From Eledone cirrhosa (lineage: Eukaryota): 64,000 bases of DNA. Under the pieces are notes generated by a model. It saw only the letters and a program-made list of their open reading frames with translations. It did no database searches and was not told the DNA's origin. A program made the position numbers and the translations under genes. Shown one piece after another: positions 1-13,299 of the stretch (position 1 is its first letter; each line of letters begins with the position of its first letter). The stretch covers positions 320,726,001-320,790,000 of the forward strand of contig OZ024743.1 in the NCBI GenBank assembly GCA_964016885.1, given 5' to 3'.

Positions 1-31
1 TTCTTTGCTTAAACTTTAATCTGTTATTTTA

Positions 32-388
<357 letters not shown>

Positions 389-1403
389 TAATTATAAAGA
401 ATTAATATCTAGTAACATATATATACATACAGATGCATATCAATGCTAGCAAATATATAGGTTTTGTCTTAGTAACTTTGTGGTTCAATGCATGGGGTTG
501 CAGATCAATAATATGAGAGACGTAAAATAAGAAAATTATAAAATTAACTTACTTACTAAAATATCACTTCCAACTAATTAGTTTCTGGAATGGAATAAAT
601 ATATTTTCCGAAGAAAACACAGAGAATCATTCCGTCGTCAGGGAAGACTATTCTCATCTAAGTATCCAGGCAAAGCGTGGACTCTGGAAACTTATTAAAA
701 AATAATTCAGTGGATAGAAAATAGCAAAGCGTGGACTGAATTCCTACCCATTGAGAAAATCACTGCCTCTGCGTCGGTGGCAAATTCAAAAAGAATCAAT
801 CACGTGACATCGAGGTCAATCAGTGGAAAGTGGTTTGCTAATAAAACAGCGGCCTGCCTGCTACCATAGCAGCAGTCATGGCCAATATTACTCAACAAAT
901 AATTTGGAGATAATTATAAAGAATTAATATCTAGTAACATATATATACATACAGATGCATATCAATGCTAGCAAATATATAGGTGTTGTCTTAGTAACTT
1001 TGTGGTTCAGTGCATGGGGTTGCAGAACAATAATATGAGAGACGTAAAATAAGAAAATTATAAAATTAACTTACTTACTAATATATCACTTCCAACTAAT
1101 TAGTTTCTGGAATGGAATAAATATATTTTCCGAAGAAAACACAGAGAATCATTCCGTCGTCACGGAAGACTATTCTCATCTAAGTATCCAGGCAAAGCGT
1201 GGACTCTGGACTTTTTTTAATAAGTTTCCAGAGTCCACGCTTTGCCTGGATACTTAGATGAGAATAGTCTTCCCTGACGACGGAATGATTCTCTGTGTTT
1301 TCTTCGGAAAATATATTTATTCCATTCCAGAAACTAATTAGTTGGAAGTGATATTTAGCAAGTAAGTTAATTTTATTATTTTCTTATTTTACGTCTCTCA
1401 TAT
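389..1403 (-). mobile_element. PLE pseudo-LTR / retrozyme-like unit: 522-bp-period direct repeat plus an inverted copy, between two (TA)n tracts
   Basis: 389-688 recurs at 911-1210; 1213-1403 is the reverse complement of about 512-701; each copy holds a hammerhead motif. Confidence 0.75.
1269..1348 (+). ncRNA. Type I hammerhead ribozyme (minus-strand copies at 567-646 and 1089-1168, the latter with C3>G)
   Basis: cttcc-CTGACGA-c-ggaatg...cattcc-a-GAAA-cta-at-tag-TT-ggaag. Confidence 0.8.
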
Positions 1404-1438
1404 ATATATATTAATATATATATATATATATATATATA

Positions 1439-1497
<59 letters not shown>

Positions 1498-1839
1498 GTT
1501 GAGACAGTAAACAGAAACCAAAAAAACAACGTGGAAGCGAAGAGGCAATACAAATGTTAATATTAGTTTCACGCTTGAGAGTAGGGGGGGGAGACGACAT
1601 AAGCCCTTCATCAAGAGAAAGGTGGGCAGGAAGAGAGTTCCGAGGGTGTGTGGGGGAGTGGTGGAAAGACATTAAAAAGGGGGAGGGAGAGAAAAGGGAA
1701 GAAAAAGATTTTTTAGGGAGTAAAAAAATTAAAAATAAAAAGAAACAAGTGTTGAAAGGGTGTGAGGCGTGTAGGGGTGGTGGTGGGTGGAGGGGTGGAA
1801 GGGGAGAGGGAGACGTGGGGTCCGAGCAGGGAGGGCTGT

Positions 1840-1930
1840 AGGTGGTGTGTGTATGAGACGATGGGGCGGCCTCGGTTGTCGGGTTTGTGGATCTTGGGGA
1901 GGAAGTAGATGGTGGAGGTGCGAGGGGTTA
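1840..1930 (-). pseudogene. Penelope-like RT N-terminal fragment
   Basis: [24 protein letters not shown] matches the conserved PLE LPKIHK...RPIVS motif. Confidence 0.75.
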
Positions 1931-1945
1931 TACATATATATATAT

Positions 1946-2058
<113 letters not shown>

Positions 2059-2201
2059 CAGCAAAAGGGATATTCAATTGTTGCTAATTCAATAAATATA
2101 AATGTTTATAACTGATTCAGAGCACTCGACGAGTTTTCTGGAGTATAAAATTCAATGATATTAAATAATTTGAAACTATATTTATAAAACCATATTTATA
2201 C

Positions 2202-2252
2202 TATTATATATATTTCAAGGGTACCAAAACTTTGGTACGCTTTCATCAGATA
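2202..2252 (-). ncRNA. Type I hammerhead ribozyme
   Basis: tat-CTGATGA-aag c gtaccaaa gt tttggtac c ctt-GAAA-tatata-TA-ata. Confidence 0.75.
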
Positions 2253-3490
2253 AAATACGAAGTGTGTTTTATGAAATTTGACATAACCAAGAAAAATGCC
2301 TTAACGGTTCAAGTTTTCCTTGGATAGTGAAGTGATAAGAGAAGAAAAGTCAGATATTTCAAATTTTTCAGATGAGTATGCAGATGAGGTTGAGGTAAAA
2401 GGCTGTAAAAACGTTATTTTAGACGCTATGGAGAATTTAAATAATTAGGATATGTGTATGTATGCGTAGGAAAGAAGAAAAAGGAAGTAGAGCTTGTATT
2501 TACGTTAATTTGGGGGCAAAGGTGGAATATGATTCCAGAGTTTAAATTTAAATTTATTTACCTATATTATGAGTTATAATATTGTATATATTTGTTTTCT
2601 GCCCTCTTCACTGTATCACCTTATATTTATTTTTAAGTTGAGATTGATTATAACACAAACACATTTAGTTTGATTATCTCATCTTAACATCTTCTCTCAT
2701 ACCAACTATACAACATATTCTGACCTTGAGATTGGTTATAGCACACACACACTTTATCCTACATTATTTTTCACTTCTCCATATTCATTTTCATTACTTT
2801 TTCACCAATTTTTCATTTATTCTTTATTGTTTATTCTCTATTTATTTATTTTCAAATTATACAAATTATATTAATTATTTTATTATATTATTTATTTATT
2901 TTCTGTTTTCTTCATTTATTGCCTTATATTTCTTCATATACATGGAAGAACCCCCACCCCCCACCACTACTACCACTATGATGGTGGCAGGAGGGATGAA
3001 GAAAAAACACACACTGGATACTTCTAAATTGTTAGCAGCAGCAAGATATAAGCTGACCACAACACCAACAACACTACCAAAATAATGGTAGAGATCAAAT
3101 GTACTGAACAATAGCAAGCAAAAACACTACAGGGAGCCTCACCCCAGAAAGAATTCTATAGACTTCTGACTGAGGAATGCTCTCAGAACTGACCAATGGG
3201 AAGTTTGAGACTTTTTTGTTATTTTGTTCCTTTAACACCTTGTCCCTTCTACCATTTTATCAATTTTTAAGCTAACTCCAACAATAACAACACTTAGAAT
3301 GAGGAATGTTCTAATAACTGACCAATGAGAGGAGAAAAGGACATTTGACACTGAAATTCGTTTGTTTGAATTCATATGACTCCAGTTCCTCAGTGAAATA
3401 ACAAACCAACAAGGAACTGGGCATATCAGAGTATTGACAATATTATACACCTAAATAACATATGTACTTGTCTATACCATACTAATTCAA

Positions 3491-3545
3491 ACTGCCTGAA
3501 GAGGTCACAGCCAAAGATGACTGTCACTGAAATATATATAGCAGT
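3491..3545 (+). ncRNA. Type I hammerhead ribozyme
   Basis: actgc-CTGAAGA-ggtcacagcc..gactgtcact-GAAA-tatata-TA-gcagt, followed by AATAAA and (TA)n; same family as 49029. Confidence 0.8.
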
Positions 3546-3589
3546 AATAAACGAAGCTATATTTTAATCATTTAACTTTTATTTAACTT

Positions 3590-3673
<84 letters not shown>

Positions 3674-3722
3674 AATTAAGTTAAAACGAAACGAAATTTA
3701 ATTTCGTTTCGTTATTTGTTTT

Positions 3723-3753
<31 letters not shown>

Positions 3754-3994
3754 ATATATATATATATGTGTGTATGTGTGTATATGTGTATGTGTGTATA
3801 TGTGTGTGTATGTGTATATGTGTATATGTGTATATATGTATATATGTGTATGTATGTGTATATATATATATATATATGTATGTGTATATATGTATATATA
3901 TATATATATGTATGTATATATGTATGTGTGTGTGGTTGCGCATGTGTATGTGTGTGTGTGAGTGTGTGTGTTTGTGTTTGTGAGTGTGTCTGTT

Positions 3995-4350
3995 GACATT
4001 TGGAATATAGCTTAAGAGAAACTTGAAGATAATGGTATTATAGGCACCCAATATTTTGAACTGGTCTATAGAATTCTCTAGGCTTTTGTCACTCTAAGTA
4101 GAACCTTAAAACTTAGCTTTTAGAGAATTTCCCTTTTCTTTAAATCCATCAACCATGACTGACCCCCAACGATCTTATAGACACCTGAAATATAGACATC
4201 TTTAGCTTAAGACAAACTTAAAAATAAGGAGTGTTACCCCATTCTGAATTTCTTTATAGAATTCTTTCTGCCTTTGTTACTCTAAATATAAATTATAGGT
4301 TTAAAGAATTAGCTTTTAATGAATTCCCTTTTCTATCAACCAATGACCTC
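3995..4350. repeat. Diverged ~200-bp tandem duplication upstream of a hammerhead (probable PLE pLTR relic)
   Basis: Blocks gacat..tagcttaaga, tatagaattct, actctaa, ttagctttta, atcaacca occur twice in the same order. Confidence 0.55.
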
Positions 4351-4421
4351 TACCCATTCCACTCCCTACACTCTCCTACCACCTGAAGAGGCCTATAAAT
4401 ACCATATATTTTTTGATACGC

Positions 4422-4472
4422 AGATTCCTGATGATTTCTAAAGAATGAAACAGTTCTAGTCCTGTAGAATCT
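4422..4472 (+). ncRNA. Type I hammerhead ribozyme
   Basis: agattc-CTGATGA-t ttct aa agaa t-GAAA-cag..ctg-TA-gaatct. Confidence 0.8.
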
Positions 4473-4484
4473 CATCTATATTAA

Positions 4485-4548
<64 letters not shown>

Positions 4549-4729
4549 CGATGATATACCAATGAAAGTTGGAAAATCACTGATGAAGGACTAATTTTAT
4601 TCATATGTAACCCATGTGCAACCACGCAGCATTCAATTCTTCTCATATTTATATATATATATATATATATATATTTCGTTTCTGAATTTGTTTAGCAAGA
4701 TTGTTTATCTCAAAACGTGTGTTGAAACC

Positions 4730-5125
4730 GATATTGTTATACTTTGGGAGGGTCATGTTGCCAATAAGAAACACACGCACCAGGTGCTTTCACTTCAATT
4801 TATTATAAATTAAATTTATAAATTTAGGAATTTATAAATTTCATGTTGGTTGGTTGGTTCCACAAAAAACAAGATGGCGTAGGACAGAACAAAGGAGAGG
4901 CACAAAAACAAAGAAAAGAAGCCCCAGTCACTGAAGACGTCACATAATGTGTGACGAAAGAACTTTGACAATATATGAACAATCGTCTGGTTGTGGAACA
5001 AACCAACCAACCGGAAATTTATAAATTCCTAAATTTAAAAATTTAATTTATAATAAATTGAAGTGAAAGCAACTGGTGCGTGTGTTTCTTATTGGCAACA
5101 TGACCCTCCCAAAGCATAACAATAT
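4730..5125. repeat. Inverted repeat (~135-bp arms) flanking a hammerhead
   Basis: 4730-4865 is the reverse complement of 4991-5125 with few mismatches. Confidence 0.85.
4927..4969 (+). ncRNA. Minimal hammerhead ribozyme (related motif on minus strand at 6230-6268)
   Basis: gtca-CTGAAGA-c gtcaca taatg tgtgac-GAAA-g aa c-TT-tgac. Confidence 0.75.
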
Positions 5126-5500
5126 ATATATATATATATATATACATATATATTGGGGAGGGACATATTGTAATAATATTGCCAGAAATAACAACAGAAC
5201 ACACTTACTGTTTGGTTGGTTTTCGCTTCTGTATCCTTTATATCTCCATAGTTAATTTATTTGACAATCAATGTTTATCATTGACTGACCAATCAAACGT
5301 TAACCTAATATATACCTTCCACATACTGTACCGTTGTGTTGTTATTTATGTTTACCTTTTACATACATAGATATATATATATAAAAACTAAACCTGACAA
5401 AGGGTGGAAGAACTCATAAGAGTCAACGGCCATCCAAAAAATGTGTAAATATGTATATACACATGTACATATGTATGTGTATGTATATGCGTGTGTATAT

Positions 5501-6214
5501 ACCTGGGGTGTCAGGGAGGGGCATGTACCTCTGTAGGGAGGGCTAGCCATGCTCTTTTCAGGACAGCTCGTCTTGCATTGGGTCCCACCTGATACTCAGC
5601 TCTCACCTGTGGCCCCCAAGAAGCTGTAGCATGCGACAGCTGCCACACCCCGTTAAACCGTCTTGGTTGGCGGTCCGAACCAGGTTGAGGGTAGCCGGAC
5701 GGTTCTGAAACCCCCCGATGAGTTAGATAGGGGATTCCTGCCCCTGCATGCGAAGACTGGACCCGGCGGAGTGAGTGGAGGAGGACAACATCGTCCCAAC
5801 GGTCACAAAGGCAGCGACAGCAAGCGGTGTGGAGCGCTAGGGCACGGCAAGGCACTACAGACGTCGTGGCGATCCACTGCAGCCAAGGAAGTTCCTGGTC
5901 GTGACGGTCCTCCGTACCACCGGATTCTGGCTCCTGCGGCCGACTGAGTAGGACCGTCACTGTGTACTGGCCCTCCCACTATAAACCTTTTCCACACAGG
6001 TTTCTTCTTTAGCGTGCACTCCCAAAAACCTGCGGCGATGGGCGAGATGTGGAGGTAACCTCTGGGAGTTGCCGGTCTGACTCCGGTCTCTTCCCCTGCC
6101 TCCACTGTCCCCGGACCTGCAAGTCAATGATCGGCCTCCACAGCCACCTTCGTGCCCACGGCAGACGGGAACAACAATAAAGATGTCATCATCGTTTACG
6201 ATGGACAACCAAGA
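5501..6214 (+). mobile_element. Internally deleted non-autonomous RTE-clade element (5' UTR-like part joined to 3' end)
   Basis: 3' part encodes FPCLHCPRTCKSMIGLHSHLRAH (RTE C-terminal C2H2 finger) and ends ..cgatggacaaccaaga; GC-rich island in TA context; no APE or RT between. Confidence 0.7.
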
Positions 6215-6781
6215 TATATATATAGTCTAACAAAGTTCTTTCGTTGCACATCTGCAACATCATCAGTGGTGCTATTATCATGTTTCCTCCTATTGTGTTG
6301 TGTTCATGCCATTTTTTAATTTATTTATTTTATTTATTTTATTTATTTTATTTATTTTATTTATTTATTTTTGTCTCTGTCTCTGCGCATGTGTTTGCGT
6401 GTGTATATAATGCTTGGTGTGTGTGTTCGTGTTTGGGTGTATGTGTTTTGGTTTTTATATTCTATCTCTGTTTATTAGTGTGTGTTTATATGTGTTTGTT
6501 GGTATTGTACTTGTGTATATATTTATTTATTTATTTATTTATATTTCTCTTAAGTCAGTATTGTTTGGGTATGGTTGCTGTTGTTATTCCATTCATTTTT
6601 TCGATGTAACTTTGGCTTTCTAAGCTCTATTTCGTTCGCTTCTCTGATTTGCCTACCTGTTGGGTCATTTCTATGTTTAGATATTATTTTAATGTCTATG
6701 TTGTCTAGACAACATATAAATATATATATATATATACATATATATACATTCACATACACACACATACACATACATACATAT

Positions 6782-6831
<50 letters not shown>

Positions 6832-6945
6832 TCACACAGACATGTACATACACATACACGCACACACACACACATATATATATATATTGAAGTACGTTAT
6901 ACATGTGGAAAAAGCAGATGGGTAAGAAGTACTTACAGCCGTAAG

Positions 6946-7500
6946 GCTGTACAAAAAGGGTTTATTTACAGTATTAACAATTGTTTCATTAATCAGGTGA
7001 GTCTAAAAGCCGCTGGTCGTTAGAAATTAAGTCAATCGACCTTAATTACAGTGTTTGCCTGATCAAATCATCAGAATATGATGTGTGTATAACACAGGGC
7101 ACTGGTATTTATAGATACATCGGAGAATAACATAAATGAAAACAATCATAATAATAATAATAAAATAAAAATACGGTTACTGATAATATTAATATTTTAA
7201 TGAATATTTTAATCTGGGTGGTTTTGACTGGATACTGAGATCGCTAGATCGAATTATGCCGGTTGCGGTTTGAAGTTGGAGAATTTTGTGACTTCTTTAA
7301 AATGTATATTAGACCAATGTCAACGAACCAACTTTATACCCCATCACTGTTGTTAGCTGTCAGTTGACCAACTGGTCATTAAATAAAAATTGGCAATTCC
7401 TCAAACTTTTTTCCTTTTTTTCTAACGACCAGCGACTTTTAGGCTCACCTGATGAATGAAACAATTGTTAACACTGTAAATAAACTCTTTTTGTACAGCC
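6946..7500. repeat. Inverted repeat (~80-bp arms)
   Basis: 6946-7026 is the reverse complement of 7419-7500. Confidence 0.8.
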
Positions 7501-7727
7501 GACCATATTATTCGTCATTCTTTTACTATTATTACTTCAAGAACCACCTGCCTAGGAACTTTCTTAAACAGACCACCTAACTAAAGAAACATCTTGTTGA
7601 GTCAAACAACGCCGTACTTTAAAACTATTCTCAATACAGAGTACTCACAACCTCTAGCTGGATTACCTTAAACGATACCTTAAACGATACCCAGTGAATT
7701 ACTGGTACTTTATTTTATCGACCCCGT

Positions 7728-10050
7728 AATTATAATAATAATGATTTCATTTATTGGCCACAAGGGCCGACATGTAGGGGACAATACAAAGACAGGGACG
7801 TAGGGGTTTAGAATAAGCTCGAGTAAAAGTGCACAATGGCAAGACTAAGTTAACAATGAAAATGTAAAATAAACTATGCATAAATATAACAAAATAAATT
7901 CCCCAATAGAGGGGGAGGACCCAGGGGTGACTCATGTACCCCACCAATCCTGAACCGCCCGGCTCTTTTAGGGTACCGGTGGGGGGGGGGACCCTTTTCC
8001 TCATCAAATTAGCCAGCCTATAGGTGCATGGTCAGAGTAGGCCCGCTCACACGGGCTATTCTGGCCATATTCATCCACCTTTTAGCCAATGTATTCGGAG
8101 GCAGCACTTCTCTCTCCACTCTCACCTTCTTTCCAAGAGAAATTCGAAAAAGTTGATGAGGGATTGGCCGAAGAGAAACGTGTCAGTCTTCAGTCCTTTC
8201 AATCTGGTTCACAATACAGCCTCTTTGGCAACTGCCACCAGACAGAAAAAAATTGCCTACCTTTCCTGGCCAAAAGAAGACGGTGGATCGATCTTTACTA
8301 TGGACTCGGCCGATAGCCGGATCCATTCTACACGCGACAACAGCTGTTCGACATAACTCCACAATTCAGTAATGCTCAGACATTGGAGGAGTGCGTGCAG
8401 AACTTTTTCGTTACTCTGCGCACATCTCGAGAAACACTTCCATACCTGTAGAGTTTATCTTGAATCAGCCGGCAGTGTCCCTCGGTAGCACTGCCAAGCG
8501 AAGGATTTCTGGAAGTTATCCATCGTCCCGGCTCAAAAGTCCTCCGGAACACACTGGTCAGTTCGTTCGTCGACACCCAGATCCTCTCTGAGTGCGTCGT
8601 CGCAATTACCCACCACTAATCCTCTATAGAACTCGAGATTGGAAGTTCCACTGATAGCATTGCCCGCCTGGTAGAGAGCAGTGAGTGCCTGGCAACATAC
8701 CAGGTGCCAGTAACCCAGTTTGGTCTCTTCTTGACCCAGGACTGCAGCTCAGTCAAAGAGAGGAGCTGCGGAAAGGCCCGTCTGATAAACGGCGACCACA
8801 CCTGTTCACCGTTTAGGCAGAATATCTGGAGATGTCGCAGCCTCAGTGCATGTCTGCGCAACATTAGCCACATCATACCCAGCTCTCCGCGTGGCGGGTG
8901 CTGGCAGCAGATGGACCGCAGATGGACCGAGCTGCAAGCCCAGCGACTTTTCCGGGTTAATAATTGTTTCTACTTTAGGCACAAGACCAGCAATTACCCA
9001 GTACATTACTGGCACATTATGTTATCGACCCCGTAAGGAGGAAAGGCAAAGTTAACCTCGGCGGGATTTGAACTCAGACTGTAAAGGGACGTAACTATAC
9101 TAGAAAGCATGGCGTCCAACCTTCTACCGACACTGCCAATTCACCGCCCTTTTCCGGGTTAATAATGAACAGTTCCGAAAGGGGGCCATCTACTCTCACA
9201 ACAGTGTTGATGTCATTGTGCATGGAAGCGACTCACCCTCTGCAACGGGCCCAAAGCCCGCCGCCCTGAGTACAACCGCGAGGTATTGATGGTCGACCAT
9301 ATCAAATGCTTTCGAATTATCTAAATTGATCAGGGCCCCAACCGTGCCAGGTTCCTCAGCTACCCTCTCCATGATGTATCGCATGAGATGGAGGTTGTCG
9401 TAGATGAATCTGTTGGGAATGGTGCATGTCTGCACCTCTCCCACCAGACTCCCGATGACAAGCGTCAACATTTTTGCTAATAAGTCAGCAGAATTATGGG
9501 CTTGACATTATATACGTTGACCCCTTTCTTAGGGTGTTTCTCAACAACGCCACTAATCCTCAAGTCACAGAACTGGAAATTCTTCCGTCCTGATGCCAGT
9601 TGTTGCAGTAGACGTCTGACAAGAGGTCACCGTATATGTAAGGCATATGTACTTAAAGCCCGGGAGATTTTGCTCACGCAGCCAGTCATTGCCACCTGTA
9701 TTTCAACGGCAGTTATCGGCTTTTCATAGCACTCCGCCTCTGTCATCGAGAATCACGCAGGCCTTTGACATAGGGACTCAAGTCCATTCCATGGACCGGC
9801 CCGCAAATACTCATTCATGAACAGTTGAACGAAGTGCAGCTGAAAGGCCGCACACATGCTGGGGATCGACTAACATGCGCTCGCTGTGATGCGCCAAAGA
9901 CCACGACTTTGTTGCCACGCCATGCCTTCACCACCCGGGCCCATTGAACGGCTTTCGTCCCCTCGTGTCTTAGAGCACGTGCCCTGACTCTGACAATGCA
10001 GCCTTCGTGCTTAGAGTTGAAGAATTTGTCGTGATGCCTTTTCTATGTGC
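7728..10050 (-). mobile_element. Degenerate, deleted Tx1-clade LINE ((TTA)n-tail subfamily)
   Basis: DNLHLMRYI, LINLDNSKAFD, WLMLRRHALRLRHL homologous to ORF2 at 13539-16976; 3' end cccttgtggccAATAAA..(att)n. Confidence 0.9.
8965..9149 (-). mobile_element. tRNA-derived SINE (octopus OK/OR-like) nested in the Tx1 relic
   Basis: A-box tggcagtgtcgg, B-box gagttcaaatcc; 17-bp TSD ttttccgggttaataat at 8948-8964 and 9150-9166; related fragment at about 7692-7726. Confidence 0.85.
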
Positions 10051-10429
10051 CTCGTCTAGCTTTCTAACTGGTGCCCTTGTGGTATAATTTGAATGACTTG
10101 TCAAATGTATGTATTATCAAATTTTGTCCCGGTTGCCAAGTTATCACTCGCCTTTATTTGCGAAAGAAGCAGAATTCAAAGAAAATTTCAAGTATTAATG
10201 ATATTAATAATAATAATAATACAATTTTAAACATGATGTGCATATGTATAAAGCAAATGATATACTTGTATCCGTGGAAAGTACGTGACGTGAACAATCT
10301 GTTATATATATGTGTATGACTTATCAATGTATGCAGTGAGCTTTTTTGCCCTAGGTATCCGGAAGACACTCGCCAAGAAACTAAAACAAAATTGAAAGAA
10401 AAGGAAAAAACAAAAAATATAATATCTAC

Positions 10430-10645
10430 CAGTAAATTTCCAGAAATCATCACCAATCAAGCCGTATTTCTTTGGCTTATTGTCTGTGACACTACATTGG
10501 GAGTAAAATTGAGCGTATTCCATTGCTGTGCATTTATTAACAACACACTTTTCTTTACAATGATCTTGTGATTTAATGTTACCGAACTCAGCAAGATGTT
10601 CACAAGTTATTATACTTGCTCCATTGATGACAGCAACTTTGCTTT
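10430..10645 (-). CDS. Candidate 216-nt phase 1-1 exon, Cys-rich PAN/apple-like module
   Basis: Acceptor ttttattttctag, donor G|gtagat; reads SKVAVINGASIITCEHLAEFGNIKSQDHCKEKCVVNKCTAMEYAQFYSQCSVTDNKPKKYGLIGDDFWKFT. Confidence 0.55.
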
Positions 10646-10828
10646 CTAGAAAATAAAATGAAGTAAAACATAAATTGATCGTATAATAAAACCAAAACAT
10701 TTTTTCATACACGCAGAGTAGAGTTTCCAGAGTAAGTTCCACAATGATCCCCAATTCCCAGTACTGAATGCTTTTTCAGATCAATGCAAGGTTCGATTAG
10801 ATCATATTCTTTAAAAAGTATTCCTTAC

Positions 10829-10861
10829 CTTGCTGTTGATATCGTAACATTTGCTTGCCTC
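10829..10861 (-). CDS. Candidate 33-nt micro-exon upstream of the PAN-like exon
   Basis: ttttcctatgttctag|GAGGC...CAGCAAG|gtaagg; open in phase 1 (GKQMLRYQQQ). Confidence 0.4.
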
Positions 10862-11424
10862 CTAGAACATAGGAAAATTTCAGAAGATCAACTACGATAG
10901 AATTATTCATGGGGGTAAAATGAATACTTTCAATGACCATACCTACAAATGACAGTCCTTCTTACCTTTATAACTAGAAAGCGTAAAATAATATTACCGA
11001 TACTAGGGAACAACCTTATCTCTCCGAATTACGAAGACATTCACTCTTATACGATTGCCATGACCACAGAACAGATTCCATCTTTATGAACATACTGTGT
11101 ATTTATTAGCGTCTTGTGTTTGTTCAAAAGTAGAAATGACTGCAAAATTCACAATACATTCGTAGTTTAACGGTCAGAAAATCCAGTGAATATTTCTCTT
11201 TTAATCTAGAGATTCAAGCCATTCTTAGAAAGCAAAGTCGTCAATAGTGAAAGTGTAGGCCTGCATGAATGTCCCGTTTACAGATTACTGTCAATATGCC
11301 CAGCTTGACTGTTACGATCGGGTCTTATACTTCTGCTTCAGTGATCGCTGCTTCGCTGCAGTAGAGATTAGATTTTATAGAGTGAGATATATAAACGCCC
11401 ACACACACACAAACACACACACGT

Positions 11425-11537
<113 letters not shown>

Positions 11538-11568
11538 AGTGGTTACACAACAGTTAGTTCACCATACC

Positions 11569-11604
11569 GAGAACAATTGTTTCATATTAGCGGATCATCA
11601 GCTC
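11569..11604 (-). ncRNA. Hammerhead ribozyme motif in PLE 3' pLTR
   Basis: gag-CTGATGA-tccgctaatat-GAAA-caa ttg-TT-ctc; stem II weak. Confidence 0.6.
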
Positions 11605-11773
11605 ATAATGGACATAGTTATACTGAACAGGAAGGACAACCGTACGAATGCGCATGCGCAGAAGCGGTCACTTCGCTCAGGCAATACTAAATTGCGTGCG
11701 CGAGGTGTAAGGGAGATAACTGCGAAAGTCCGAAAGTTTCTAGTTAATAAGAAAATTAGGATGTTGTTGTAAT

Positions 11774-12262
11774 TCAATCCGGAGCTTTGTAGTTATGTAA
11801 GAGGTGTTTCGAGACGTGTGGATAACGTGTGAAGAATTCATATCTTGAGTCGCTATTGCGTAATCTCTTTAGAATATTTATTCGTTCATCAATACATAGT
11901 CCACACGACGGATTGCCCCTTGCGTATGGCTTGGACTTAGTGATGGCTTTCCATTGAATGGAGTAGTCTATACTTGAGTACTTAAGGGACCATACGTGCC
12001 TCGCGAGTTTCGTGGATGAACGTCTCTCCGGGTACCTAAAGGTCGACTGGTGGTTCAGGAAGCGTTCCGTAAATCGACCATCCGCCATACCCACATAGGA
12101 TTTGACCTTCTGTGGTTGATTTGGTCGGTTGGAAGTGACCACAGCTTCATAAACTACAGCGGGTGTGTTGCATTGCTGTTGAAGGGGACAAGCTTCGGGC
12201 TTAAGGCAAGAGCACCCTGGTGGGGTGTTGCTCTTAGGGCTGTTGGTGATGTGGGCTTTCAA
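11774..12262 (-). pseudogene. PLE GIY-YIG endonuclease domain
   Basis: ORF track 162 aa: AVVYEAV..SYVGMA..FTERFLNH..STKLARHVW. Confidence 0.85.
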
Positions 12263-12775
12263 GTTCTTAGCGCAGGAGTATCCTAGTTTTACTTTGTGTC
12301 AGTTAAAGATGGAGCGGTATTTATGCCCTATGGGAAAGTGTCTATCTAAGAGGGCTAGAAATTGTTTGCCTACATTGGTTTTAACGTTGAGTGAGAAGGG
12401 AGGAGAGAACCAGATAGTTTGTCTATTGTTACGTTTTGTTTTCTTATTGCTGTTGTTGTTAGTGGGAGAGTAAGTGATAGGTTGTGAGAAGCCGCTGTTA
12501 GCTAACGCTGTGTTATAGTAGGGTGCTGCTCTGTCAAAGATAGCCTTATTAGAGGAGAGGTTTGAGATTCTAGTACTAATATTATTTACGAAGTTTCTAA
12601 AACAAATGGTATGGTGGCATGAGTCCTTGTGAATGTAATTGAGTGTTTCTTTAAGCTTACGGAAGGGTCTGTAGGTGTGTATGCAAAGGTCTAAGTTAAT
12701 GTCTAAGAAATCTACGCTAGAGAGGTTCGTAGCTACTGTTATTCTAAGTCCTAACTCATTGAAGGTAGAAGCTGA

Positions 12776-12998
12776 ATAATATCAGTACTAGAGTCTCAAA
12801 CTTCTCCTCTAATAAGGCTATCTTTGACAGAGCGTCACCCTACAATAACACGGTGTTAGCTAACAGCGGCTTCTCGCAACCTATCACACACTCTCCCACT
12901 AACAACAACAGTAATAAGAAAACAAAGCGTAACAATAGACAAACTATCTGGTTCTCTCCTCCCTTCTCACTCAACGTTAAAACCAATGTAGGCAAAAA
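12776..12998 (+). repeat. Inverted duplication of PLE segment 12363-12586
   Basis: Near-identical reverse complement; inverted 5' segments are typical of PLE insertions. Confidence 0.9.
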
Positions 12999-13223
12999 AT
13001 CTGTCTCCTCTTCCTCTCTCTATGACTCTCTTTCGATCTACTCTCTCACAATAACAATCTCTTTCTCTCTATCCTTCTATCTCTGTTTATGGAGCTACCC
13101 GGAGAAAACCCATATCTCGGGAACCAGTGCTTCAATTTACGCGAAACCTTTTCCAATTATGCACCCTTTTGGCTCTATTGCATCGCAGACAAGCAAGCCA
13201 GCAAGGAATCACAGACTTTTAGT

Positions 13224-13299
13224 AATAGATAGATAGATAGATGGATAGATAGATAGATAGATTGATAGATGGGTAGATAGATAGATAGATAGATAGATA
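13224..13299. repeat. (GATA)n tract = 3' tail/target of Tx1 copy A; equivalents at 19147-19212, 25007-25126, 30178-30212
   Basis: Direct reading. Confidence 0.95.

Larger units (their letters stand above)
11538..12770 (-). mobile_element. 5'-truncated Penelope-like element (RT thumb, Cys linker, GIY-YIG endonuclease, pLTR with hammerhead)
   Basis: WFSPPFSLNVKTNVG, CSC..CPL..C, VVY...YVG, CGLC; ends in (TA)n. Confidence 0.9.

Noticed and set aside
7443-7475. CTGATGA-at-GAAA-caattg-TT motif (also CTGANGA at about 4580, 7068-, 34238, 52975, 53496)
   Set aside because: Stem I/II or GAAA could not be formed; at best decayed hammerheads
9040-9149. tRNA gene
   Set aside because: A/B boxes belong to a SINE with a TSD; no cloverleaf
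11774-12262. Selenoprotein-type (Naiad-like) UGA recoding in PLE endonucleases
   Set aside because: No in-frame TGA at Cys positions here or at 46158-46550; no SECIS recognised
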